Position numbers and translations under genes: made by a program. DNA of 63,309 nt, counting the filler, from Trichomonas gallinae (Eukaryota), in the NCBI GenBank assembly GCA_008369845.1. It is 8 parts of 8 records of this genome, joined end to end, with 100 filler letters (N's around TTAATTAATTAA, not from the genome) between each part and the next. Parts side by side here need not be neighbours in the genome. Positions count along the whole stretch, not along the records: positions 1 to 13,774 come from MRSU01001513.1; positions 13,875 to 15,345 come from MRSU01001517.1; positions 15,446 to 19,406 come from MRSU01001518.1; positions 19,507 to 32,492 come from MRSU01001521.1; 4 more parts are not named here. The stretch is one strand, 5' to 3'. Positions 10,133-19,690 of the stretch are shown here, piece by piece. The notes beneath the pieces are model-generated. The model was not told the origin of the DNA, did not search any database, and saw only the letters and a program-made list of their open reading frames with translations. The stretch's first letter is position 1. Every line of letters begins with the position of its first letter.

Positions 10133-11833
10133 CTATTGTTGCTCAATCTCTTGTTCTCTGAGTCCGCCGAAAAGCTCTATCTTACCGAGGACGAGAGATT
10201 CGTAGCTCCTTGAGTTGAGGCCAGTCTGATCGAGCTTGAAAGCCTTGTAGAAGTCGGACTTCGCGATAGGCCTGGATATGAATGAGTTCGGCTTAGAAAG
10301 AGCTGTCGAGTTTGTGACAGAGTCAAGGACGACCCAATTGATACCATCTTTTGTTCCACTTAGGTCCCACGACCTCGGGAAGGCAGCACCAAGGTCTGCA
10401 CGCTGAATTGTGTAGTGGCTGAGCTGTAATTCTTCGTGTGCGAATGTGAATTTCACCCACTGATTCTGCATGGACTTGGACGTGAAGTACTTGCCGCACT
10501 TAGGATCGACGATAGAGTAGACGTCGCCTGTCTCGTGATGCTGATCTTTGTGTGTTGAGCATGCTTCAGCTAAAATCGTGTTCTTTGCATTGTTAGCGCC
10601 ATCTCTTTCGTAGATAAACGTGAACACGCCGTTCAATGGACGTTCTGGGTCAAATGGAATTGTCAAGAATTGCTGGATGTCGACTTTCTTCTTTGTGAGG
10701 GCAACAATCTCATTATGGAAGTCATTGATCTTAACTCTTGGGTCCATAACGATTTTTGTGACTTCATTTACTTTGAGATCTTCAAAGTTGATCATTTTGA
10801 GCAGTGGTGTTGGATCATCATCCTGCTTAACGTTCTGGAAGTAAAGTTTGAGGATGTGCTGCTGTGTAAGGCCTGGAGCTGGCAATTTTTGAATGATTGT
10901 TGTTAAAAATTTTGCTGGAATGTTTCTGAATCTTCCGTTGTGTGTCAAACGTGGATATGATGCATCAATGAATTTGATGAAGTTGTCAAGATCGTTTTCT
11001 GTGCATAAATTGAGGAAATAGATAATATTATCGAAATCGATGAAGCGAGTAATGTCAATCTCAGAGAGTTGTGCAATTCCAAACTTCTTTCCAATCGATT
11101 TTAAGTATGAAACTTGATTTGGAGAAACAAAAATTTCATTTCCGTCGATATACTTCAAGAACATATCATGGTCGCCGGGGTAATCGTTAATTACTGTAAC
11201 ATCGGCTACATTTGCTGCGATTGAAGAAAATCTGTTGAAATTTGAATGATATTCAAATCTATCGAATTTGAATGTAACCTGTTTGTCCTCTTTTGCGGCA
11301 GGTATGCTTGCTGTATTTGCTTTGATTGAAAAGATTCGGTCTTCTACTGGGAAGAAATACAAACACCAATTATGATAATGGTTGGCATGAATCATACAAG
11401 CATCTCTGTCACGAGCTTTCTTGAACATTAAGAGCGCGTATGACTGGAATTGCTTATCAACGGTATAAAGCTTAATTGTATTAACTCTAAAACGTCTATA
11501 TTGATTTCTGATATCTTCTTCGGTTGTTTTTGAATCGATACCATATAAAAATGCTTGAAAATTGATTCTTTCTTCGAGATCTAAATAAGTACGAAGTTTC
11601 TTTTCTTTATAAATAAGTTTTGTGTCATCTGGGAAGAGACTTGTGTTGACATTTTCCTGAAATAGAACAATTGCTGCATGCAAAAAGATTTTATTTCCCA
11701 TAAAACTCTCATAGATGTATTCTATTTGCTCAACTTTCTGCATGTTGTCGATGAAGGCCTGTAGGTCATTCTTGTTGACATTAGTTGGGATGTCTTCGAT
11801 TAAAAGATGCCTACGGGACCAATTTTTATACAT
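10133..11833 (-). CDS. RRM-RRM-BTB/BACK-like-F5/8 type C domain protein
   Basis: Two RRM-like units (LLIEDIPTNVNKNDL; FLYGIDSKTTEEDIR...YALLMF), a degenerate BTB/BACK middle, and a C-terminal discoidin (NGVF...QWVKFTF...LSHYTI...PRSWDLSG.KDGINW...IELFG). First ATG is at 11833. Confidence 0.75.
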   Translation of the reverse strand: MYKNWSRRHLLIEDIPTNVNKNDLQAFIDNMQKVEQIEYIYESFMGNKIFLHAAIVLFQENVNTSLFPDDTKLIYKEKKLRTYLDLEERINFQAFLYGIDSKTTEEDIRNQYRRFRVNTIKLYTVDKQFQSYALLMFKKARDRDACMIHANHYHNWCLYFFPVEDRIFSIKANTASIPAAKEDKQVTFKFDRFEYHSNFNRFSSIAANVADVTVINDYPGDHDMFLKYIDGNEIFVSPNQVSYLKSIGKKFGIAQLSEIDITRFIDFDNIIYFLNLCTENDLDNFIKFIDASYPRLTHNGRFRNIPAKFLTTIIQKLPAPGLTQQHILKLYFQNVKQDDDPTPLLKMINFEDLKVNEVTKIVMDPRVKINDFHNEIVALTKKKVDIQQFLTIPFDPERPLNGVFTFIYERDGANNAKNTILAEACSTHKDQHHETGDVYSIVDPKCGKYFTSKSMQNQWVKFTFAHEELQLSHYTIQRADLGAAFPRSWDLSGTKDGINWVVLDSVTNSTALSKPNSFISRPIAKSDFYKAFKLDQTGLNSRSYESLVLGKIELFGGLREQEIEQQ

Positions 11834-12480
11834 ATTTGGCACTTTTTATATCGCAATAATTATATCGTCAAATCCGGATTTTCCTATTTTAATTCCATTT
11901 TTAGTCCTTCTATTATATATTTTCTTTATTTTCATCATAAAATCGCCAAGTTCTTTAAAATTTATTATTTGAATTATCAAATTAATCGATAATATATACT
12001 TTTGAATATCGAAACATCATATATTTCTTCATTATATTATATATACTAGTCAATGAAGTCTCTATGTGAATATTTGATTTTCACCAATCAATAATATTAA
12101 GAAACCAAATTAAAAAGTTTGGTTGATGTACTATTTATGTCACACGATTTCACATTTTATCACGATATTGCTAAATTTTTTACAAAATATTTTTGATATT
12201 AGAAAAGTAATCGATATAATATATTTTTGCAATCATTGCAATAAATACTTTTCCAATATGCTATATTTCTGCATATCCTAAGCTTGAAAATGTAGATTAG
12301 TTTTGCTACTATAGTTTTGATATTGTTAATGACTTTGTCATACATATATTGTTTTGAGTTGTGATCCTGATTGTTACTATTGTTTAGTTTTGATAATTAA
12401 ATAATTAAATAAATAAATTAAGTAAGTTAGTGAAACAAATAAGTTAATCTAATCTATCTTTTATGGAAAATATCAATAAT

Positions 12481-13221
12481 TTAAAGGATCATATCAACAA
12501 GGGATTCATCAATGTTGATTGTATCATTAGCAATAGCATTCTTGTCTTCGATCTTGAAGATACGTGTCAAGTTAGCAATTTCAAGGGCTGTTGTCTCCCA
12601 GCCACAGAACAAAGACCAATCATTGACGCAAAGACCAGCACCGATAAGTGGAGAACCACGGTTAACAGTAGCAGCTGTAAGCTCAACGCCGAGCTGGCCA
12701 GCAAGTTCTTCAAGTTCTTCGACGGAGATCTTTGATGTAACAACACCACCGCGGTTTGTGAAGACACAGTATGTTCCGACGAGGGACTCCTTGGCAATGA
12801 GGCCTGGGAAGACTTCGACGCCAAGGACATCACCGATAATTTCGATTGTTTCCTTATCGAGATCTGGATGAACGATGGCAACGTGATCATTGCATGAGAT
12901 AACGTTACCGAGAGCAGAAAGACGCTCATCGACGCGCTGAACGATGACTTTGTCGGGAAGGCAATCGCGAAGTTGTTGAAGTTCTTGATCTGTTGTCATT
13001 TGTGGAACAATGAGACCGTTTGCGTTACCAGCACAGAGACGGCCAACGATAGATGTACCAGCAATTGTTGCATGGAAGCAAGGAATATGTTCAGCAAGGC
13101 GCTCCTCGAAAACAGAGAAGAAGTTTTCAGATGTCGAGAATGGGAGGAGGGCGTAGGAGTTTGTGATGCGTGCATAGGCACCAATTTCGGACGAGTTCTG
13201 ATACTTGCAACGTGATACCAT
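12481..13221 (-). CDS. eIF6: Eukaryotic translation initiation factor 6
   Basis: NSSEIGAYARITNSY, IVGRLCAGNANGLIVP, ERLSALGNVISCNDHVAIVHPDLD and TVNRGS motifs; 246 aa. Confidence 0.98.
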   Translation of the reverse strand: MVSRCKYQNSSEIGAYARITNSYALLPFSTSENFFSVFEERLAEHIPCFHATIAGTSIVGRLCAGNANGLIVPQMTTDQELQQLRDCLPDKVIVQRVDERLSALGNVISCNDHVAIVHPDLDKETIEIIGDVLGVEVFPGLIAKESLVGTYCVFTNRGGVVTSKISVEELEELAGQLGVELTAATVNRGSPLIGAGLCVNDWSLFCGWETTALEIANLTRIFKIEDKNAIANDTINIDESLVDMIL

Positions 13222-13701
13222 ATTTTTTTTTGAAAGACCAAAATTTTGATAGAAGACAAAATTTTTTTTTTGCAGGCATTTTTTTTGTGTATCGCCAATA
13301 TTTTTGCTTCATTCACATATATCTACTACAAAAAATATAACTATGATGTCCGATTGTAAAAATCTTTAACTTTACTTTTCGAATTATTTTTATATCTTGT
13401 CTTATTGAATGCTTGGGAGTATGAATCATTTTTCAAACATGTAAAAATGAGTATGTTATAGATAAGAAAGTCAATATCATTGTTATTTTTTCAACAATTT
13501 TATTCATATTTAATTGATTATTTGGAAGCACTATTCATTTTATAAGTGTTTTAGTAATGATGCTATTATATATAAAAAGGCAAATATCGATTTGAATGGA
13601 TTTGATTTGTTGCATATTTTTCATTTAAAAGCAAGTTACCAATTATCAAAAGTTCTAATAATGATGTTCCCACATAGAAGAAGGAAAATATAATATTTTA
13701 A

Positions 13702-13774
13702 GGCTCGACCGACATAGTTAGTGAGGGGGTGACACCAAAATGGATTTTTCATTCATGGGTAGGGGGTCATGCAT
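13702..13774 (+). mobile_element. Probable terminus of a DNA transposon, cut by the contig end
   Basis: Abrupt shift to GC-richer sequence starting GG right after (T)TAA, and filling about the last 80 bp of the contig. Confidence 0.45.
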
Positions 13775-13874
13775 NNNNNNNNNNNNNNNNNNNNNNNNNN
13801 NNNNNNNNNNNNNNNNNNTTAATTAATTAANNNNNNNNNNNNNNNNNNNNNNNNNNNNNNNNNNNNNNNNNNNN
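13775..13874. other. Artificial 100-nt contig linker (N44-TTAATTAATTAA-N44)
   Basis: Six-frame stop linker embedded in Ns. Confidence 0.99.
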
Positions 13875-13880
13875 CAGATA

Positions 13881-13985
13881 GTGACACGAATGTATGCACA
13901 TTGATGGCAGCATTTCTACATCATAGACAAAAAACCGTTGCATGATGTCGAAATGCTGCCATCAATGAGCATACACCCGTGTCAC
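13881..13985. repeat. Subterminal imperfect palindrome (44-bp arms, 4 mismatches, 17-nt loop)
   Basis: Arm 13881-13924 versus arm 13942-13985. Confidence 0.9.
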
Positions 13986-14167
13986 TTTTTAAACATTCGA
14001 GCTAGAACAACTCACTACAAAACAACTATCTCGCACTCAGAAGCATATAGGGGTCATACATAACATGCAAACAACACAATTATATAGCTTTTTATGTCAC
14101 CATTAATATATTATAATATACTATAGTTTATAGTTTATAATAAAAAAACATATTATAATATGTAATG

Positions 14168-15238
14168 TCAATCTGAACTAGAAGATGAAGTTAATTCTTC
14201 TGAAATAGAAGCTGAAGAACTAGAATAACTAGACCCTCTTGCTCTTCTCTCTCGCCTACGACAACTCACTCGAGCTTCTGCTGCAGCATCATACTCGCTG
14301 TCTGAGTAGTTCTGATCGGTCAATACATACTCAGCCTCTTCTTCACTTTCATTATCTTCAGATGTATCTCGATCTTGTGATGAAGATTCATCACCATCAG
14401 TACTATCATTATCAAAAATGTGTGTATCCTCGCTATATCTCCCAACCTCCAACCTATTTACCGAAATATGATAATTTGTAAGTGCACAGCAAAAATCTAT
14501 ATAATAATCAGCAACCACAATTGCTTTTGGGAATTTTTTGGAGAGTATTTGCCACAAACTTTTCAATCGTCCGAAATAATTTTCCACCTTGATTCTGTTG
14601 GAAGCAAGAACACGATTTTTATTTTCTTTTTCCTGGCTTAAGGCGCCTCCACGAGGTCTTTTATATGGTGTTTTAGCGCAGGGAACAATATTGGTGATAC
14701 CTTGATAGCCGGAATCAGCCAATAGGACAGGAATTAAGTGCTCAATTCGGCGGCATTGTTTTGCTTCTTCATTGATGAATTTAGGTAAACTTGATTTCTT
14801 AAACAACTTAAAATCATGCATCCTTCCAGGTACTAAACGACTTTTATATATAAGTCGTCCTGTTGGTGATACAACTGCTTGAAATTTCAAACAATGCAGT
14901 CTCTGCTTTCCTGAATAATATTTGCGTTGATGTTTTTTCGGTCGTCTAATCTGTATTACTGTAGCATCTAAGGATCCTATCAATCCTGGATAATCTTGAA
15001 CGCTAGTTCCTGATTCTAATCGTTCACTAACACTTTGCCATTGAATGAAACGCTCTATAAGCGGTCCTGACATTACTCTGATCGATGAATCTAAAAGTGA
15101 AGCTAAATAAGATTTAGATAATCCAAATATTATTTTTCGAACGAAACATTCGAAAAATAAAATTGAAGGTAAAACAATGACATTATAATTTCTAGGGATA
15201 CAAATTTGGAAATAATCCTGGAATTTTCCAAGATCCAT
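14168..15238 (-). CDS. DDE_Tnp_4-family transposase
   Basis: GSLDAT (D), YYSGK...HCLKFQ, PGRMHD, LADSGYQG (D), RIKVENYFGRLK (E); acidic/Ser-rich tail with RRRERRAR. Confidence 0.93.
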   Translation of the reverse strand: MDLGKFQDYFQICIPRNYNVIVLPSILFFECFVRKIIFGLSKSYLASLLDSSIRVMSGPLIERFIQWQSVSERLESGTSVQDYPGLIGSLDATVIQIRRPKKHQRKYYSGKQRLHCLKFQAVVSPTGRLIYKSRLVPGRMHDFKLFKKSSLPKFINEEAKQCRRIEHLIPVLLADSGYQGITNIVPCAKTPYKRPRGGALSQEKENKNRVLASNRIKVENYFGRLKSLWQILSKKFPKAIVVADYYIDFCCALTNYHISVNRLEVGRYSEDTHIFDNDSTDGDESSSQDRDTSEDNESEEEAEYVLTDQNYSDSEYDAAAEARVSCRRRERRARGSSYSSSSASISEELTSSSSSD

Positions 15239-15345
15239 TTTTTAAAACTTCTCGGTCGAATAAAAATTTCGACATCATGCAACGGTTTTTTGTCTATGAT
15301 GTAGAAATGCTGCCATCAATGTGCATACATTCGTGTCACTATCTG

Positions 15346-15445
15346 NNNNNNNNNNNNNNNNNNNNNNNNNNNNNNNNNNNNNNNNNNNNTTAATTAATTA
15401 ANNNNNNNNNNNNNNNNNNNNNNNNNNNNNNNNNNNNNNNNNNNN
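15346..15445. other. Artificial contig linker
   Basis: N44-TTAATTAATTAA-N44. Confidence 0.99.
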
Positions 15446-16194
15446 CCATCAAAATGTCGGAATCCTTTGATTTCAAGATTATTATTCTTAAAATCTGACT
15501 GGAAGAACTTGAGTCGATCAGAATTAAAAGCGTAGATTCCTGCACCAGAATAACCTGCATAATTTGCTTCAACAGCAACTGCATCAAGATATGCTTCAAA
15601 ACTTGATACTATTGCAAGACCACCACCTGCTTCATATGCTTTATTGTTCGTAAATTGACATTTCTCTGCTATAAATTTAAATGCAGCACCAATATTTTGA
15701 GCATTCGAATCTTTCTTGTAGTTTCCTTGGAAATATATACCACCACCGAATTTGTAGGCTGTATTCTGGTCAAACGATGTGGAATATATATATGTAGGTG
15801 ATGATATTGTTGCAACGGCGCCACCTAGTGATGCCATGTTCTTAATAAACTTTACAGGGTAGGTAGTTGAGCGTGTGCTATTTCCAATGACGAGAGTCGA
15901 TTGAACAAGATAGATAGCACCGCCATTGTTGGATGATGCTCCAGAACCAAAAGCATAACATTCTTCAAATACAACATTCGCAGGAATATACAATGATGAA
16001 TAAAAGTATGTCATGTTTCTTAATGTACTCTTCTGTCCATTTGTGATGGTAATCCTTTTGTTCATGTTAGTGAGATAAAAATCATTTTCATTGTCTTCGA
16101 ATTGTTGGAATTTTGGTTCAGATTCCTGTTGAATATTAGGTAATTGACTATTCGAAAGTGGAGAAAGCATTGTAATGGATAAGAAAGGAATCAT
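15446..16194 (-). CDS. Polymorphic membrane protein (Pmp)-like beta-helix protein, 5' part (runs into gap)
   Basis: Repeated GGA(I/V) and FxxN motifs (NNGGAIY, FIKNMASLGGAV, FDQNTAYKFGGGIY). Confidence 0.85.
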
Positions 16195-18630
16195 GTTTGT
16201 TCAATAAATTTTGATAATGATAAATTGAATATGATTACGGTTTGTTTGAATTTTGTATTCGTTAAATAGAATAATTTTCAGAATGATTTTATAGTTATTC
16301 GGAGAATATAGCATTATGAAATAATCTGAACAATAATTCTCTGGCATATGCGAAAAAATCGCGGAGAATATTTCTGAATATTCAATTATAATCAACAATA
16401 AAAATTGCATAAAATTAGTCTATGAAACATCAGTAACATACATCAACTATAATCGAAAATTGAAAATGATATAAATATTTATTGATATTTGATGTATATG
16501 TAATGATAGATATGTTTTAAATTAAGACGTTTAGATTCAAAACTTTCTCAAATTTGAAAAATAGAAAAAATAATTATTATTAATGGTTTAACAAAATTAA
16601 TGATAGAAGCTGTATGATGCATATTTATTGATTGGTTTTGTAAATTTACAGAGAGTTTTTGAGGCAAAAAAAGTGGTTCAGGATTATTATATCGACAATC
16701 GATTATCAGTGTATATTATCATTCCATTATACAGAGCATCTTTTGAATTTCTGGAAAAGGAAAATTTTGAAAATTTTGTTTAGACCATAATCCTTATATC
16801 ATTGTTCTTATTAAATCATTATACTTTTGATATTCACTTTTCAGATAGATATTATTTAACGTTTCTCTGAAAGTTATATTTGAACATTCTTTATATATTT
16901 AAAAGATGATTATAAATCATTTATCCAAAATCTACCATCAAAATGTCACATTTCATCAAACAATCATTGATCTTTTAGATTTTCTTATGTGATCTATTTA
17001 TAAAATAATATTTATATTGCGAATATAACATCGGATTTAAATTTCTAATGTAATTTTAGATTCTGATTTTTAAAATGTCACCGTTTGCTGTCACAGCATT
17101 ATTCATTTGGAGAGTAATACTGTATAAATCATTTAGAAAGCTATTTCTTTCCAGACAGACGTCTTTTCGATTTAATATTATGATATTATATTTAAAATTC
17201 TCATAGCATAGCAAATATCATTGCACTATAATATGTTTGAAGTTCGAAATTGAACTCAGTGGTTTAAATCAATTAAATATCTATAAAAATCAAAATATTA
17301 TGGCAATATAAACATAGTGAAGACACATGCATGTAACTGCTTGGTAACTTAATGGGATCCTATATTGAAGAATTCATAATTACCCTTTAATTTCGAATGA
17401 AATTTTACATATGATTATAAAAAATAGTGATGTGAATTCATTGTGATTGTTATATAATGATACATATACTTTTTCAGCTATATGCAATGAAGAATTCAAA
17501 AAAAAAGTTGATTTTTTTTGTTTGTGAAGAACAGGGAAATTTCCATTTAGTGAAGTGAATTTACCGACTAATTCGAACTTGTTAGCTTGTAGAAACGTTG
17601 AGAGAAACTTATTATTCAGCGCTATCAATCTGCTAGTATAGCAATTTAATTCTAAACATTTTTTTCGAAACGGTTAGACCCTTCGACGAAGTTTTCGAAA
17701 ATTTCATGCCTCTCAATTACATTCAAAAACTGAGAACTTCGAACCACATGAAAGAACGGTTTTTCGAATTTCCCTAAATTACGTCATAAACAATAATCTA
17801 TTCGTTATTTATTCATATGAATTTTTTTTTTTAAATTTGCTATTCTAACAACAGCCGTTCTATCAATATTATCCTCTAACATAAATCAAAAGATATACAA
17901 TTGATTTATAGTTAAATTTAAAGAATGAAATGATCAAATAAATTAACCCATTAATCTGACAGTTTACGCGTCAATTTTATATCAAAAATTGATATCCGAT
18001 CGATTACTTTACATGTCAAATGAAATATAAACGTGTCTATGTCTATACAAATTTTAACATTGATAACATGTAAAATGATAGACTCTCAAAAGTGATTTGA
18101 ATAGATAAAATTGAGCAATTATAACGTTACTTTTATTTCAGTGAGATAATTGGTATCGAAGGCAGAACTGTTATTTTCTCTAGGAGTCTTTAACAATTCC
18201 AATTTATTGAGCAACTTTTATATTCAATTTATTTATATTGAATTTAATTATTATAACTTTTACTGCGTATTTATTACATATATAGTTACATATGCAAATA
18301 TTTAATATTATATTTTTTTTTCTGAAATTATCAACTTTTCAGAGAGTTTGGAAATTTCACTCTAAGTATACACACTATAGATAAACAAAGATAAATACAC
18401 AATTTTATAAATAAACTACTTTTGAAATTATCCTCCAAATAAATTTAAAGTTTTATTAAGATACAAATATAGACTCAGTTTTTATTTTTATTTTTTTAAT
18501 TTTTGAGAGATATTCAAAAATTTTAAAAATGGGTTCGATCAAATCACAACTTATTAAATCATTACTTCATTATGTTATTTAAATTATTAGGCTGTATATT
18601 AAATAACTTTCTCAAATTCAATTTCAAAGC

Positions 18631-19406
18631 ATGACGATATTTAAAAAAATGTTTTGGTCCTTAACAGCAGCAACGCACTCAGCTGTTGCAAGAATGCAAT
18701 CATTCAGACCTTCAATCATCCAAAAGGAAGCTTCAAGCCTGGTATTCCAAAGTTTCGAAGGTAACGAAAATACACTTTATTTGACCAATGCGAATCAAGA
18801 AGTTACTCTTAGCAACGGATTCAGCTCAATTCTTAGACCTCACGCATACTTCCAGAGTGCTGTGACAGTTGTTTCCAATGTTAAATTCTTGAACAATTAT
18901 GCATTTGGTTCCGGTGCCACTTCCAATCTCGGTGGAGCTTTGTATTTGGTGAAAACCAAATTATATATTGGTGATAAAACAAAAACATCGTCAGATCCAC
19001 AAATTGAATTCAATGGTAACATGGCAAGCGATGGTGGAGCTATTGCTTCAATCGCATCACCAACATATATATACAAAAGCGATTTTACAGGGAATATTGC
19101 TTATAAGTATGGTGGTGCAATTTATTTCCAAGGATTTATGAAAGATCAAGCATCAAGGATTGGAGAATCTTACAAATTCTTAAATGAGCGTAGTAATTTC
19201 AAATCCAACACTGCATATGAGTCTGGTGGTGCAATCGCATTTTCATCAAGTTTTGAATCATACATCGACCAGGGAATTTTTGATGGAAATAATGCCGGAT
19301 TCGCAGGTGGTGCTATTGTATCATACAATTCTGATCGACTCAAGTTCTTCCAGTCAGATTTTAAGAATAATAATCTTGAAATCAAAGGATTCCGACATTT
19401 TGATGG
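18631..19406 (+). CDS. Pmp-like beta-helix protein, 5' part (runs into gap); paralog of 15446-16194
   Basis: GGAL/GGAI and FxxN repeats; colinear with the divergent paralog. The true start may be the ATG at 18649. Confidence 0.85.
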
Positions 19407-19506
19407 NNNNNNNNNNNNNNNNNNNNNNNNNNNNNNNNNNNNNNNNNNNNTTAATTAATTAANNNNNNNNNNNNNNNNNNNNNNNNNNNNNNNNNNNNNN
19501 NNNNNN
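19407..19506. other. Artificial contig linker
   Basis: N44-TTAATTAATTAA-N44. Confidence 0.99.
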
Positions 19507-19581
19507 TCGCGAAAAAGTGACAATACCCCATACCCCATCATTTTAAAAACATGGGGTACCCCACCCCACTTTTCGACATCC
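19507..19581. mobile_element. Probable terminus of a DNA transposon at the contig start
   Basis: C-run-rich segment with palindrome TGGGGTACCCCA, ending CC followed by TTA. It occupies about the first 80 bp of the contig. Confidence 0.4.
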
Positions 19582-19690
19582 TTACTAAAACATATAATGT
19601 TTGGATAGTTGATGCGTTTTCTAAAATAATTTTGATGTAACTAAAAAATAATATTTTACAAGTATATATTATCCCGCATAACAATTTGTA

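Larger units (their letters stand above)
13875..15345 (-). mobile_element. DNA transposon of the PIF/Harbinger-ISL2EU (IS5-related) group, with >=80-bp terminal inverted repeats
   Basis: 13875-13954 is the exact reverse complement of 15266-15345 and encloses a DDE transposase ORF. Confidence 0.9.

Noticed and set aside
12463..13316. Several short ORFs overlapping eIF6 (similarly RPS13 and other long genes)
   Set aside because: Stop-poor shadow frames caused by codon bias, with no independent motifs.
13875..19406. Idea that the transposase acts on or is physically linked to the Pmp inverted pair
   Set aside because: They are separate contigs joined by an artificial linker, and their inverted repeats share no sequence.
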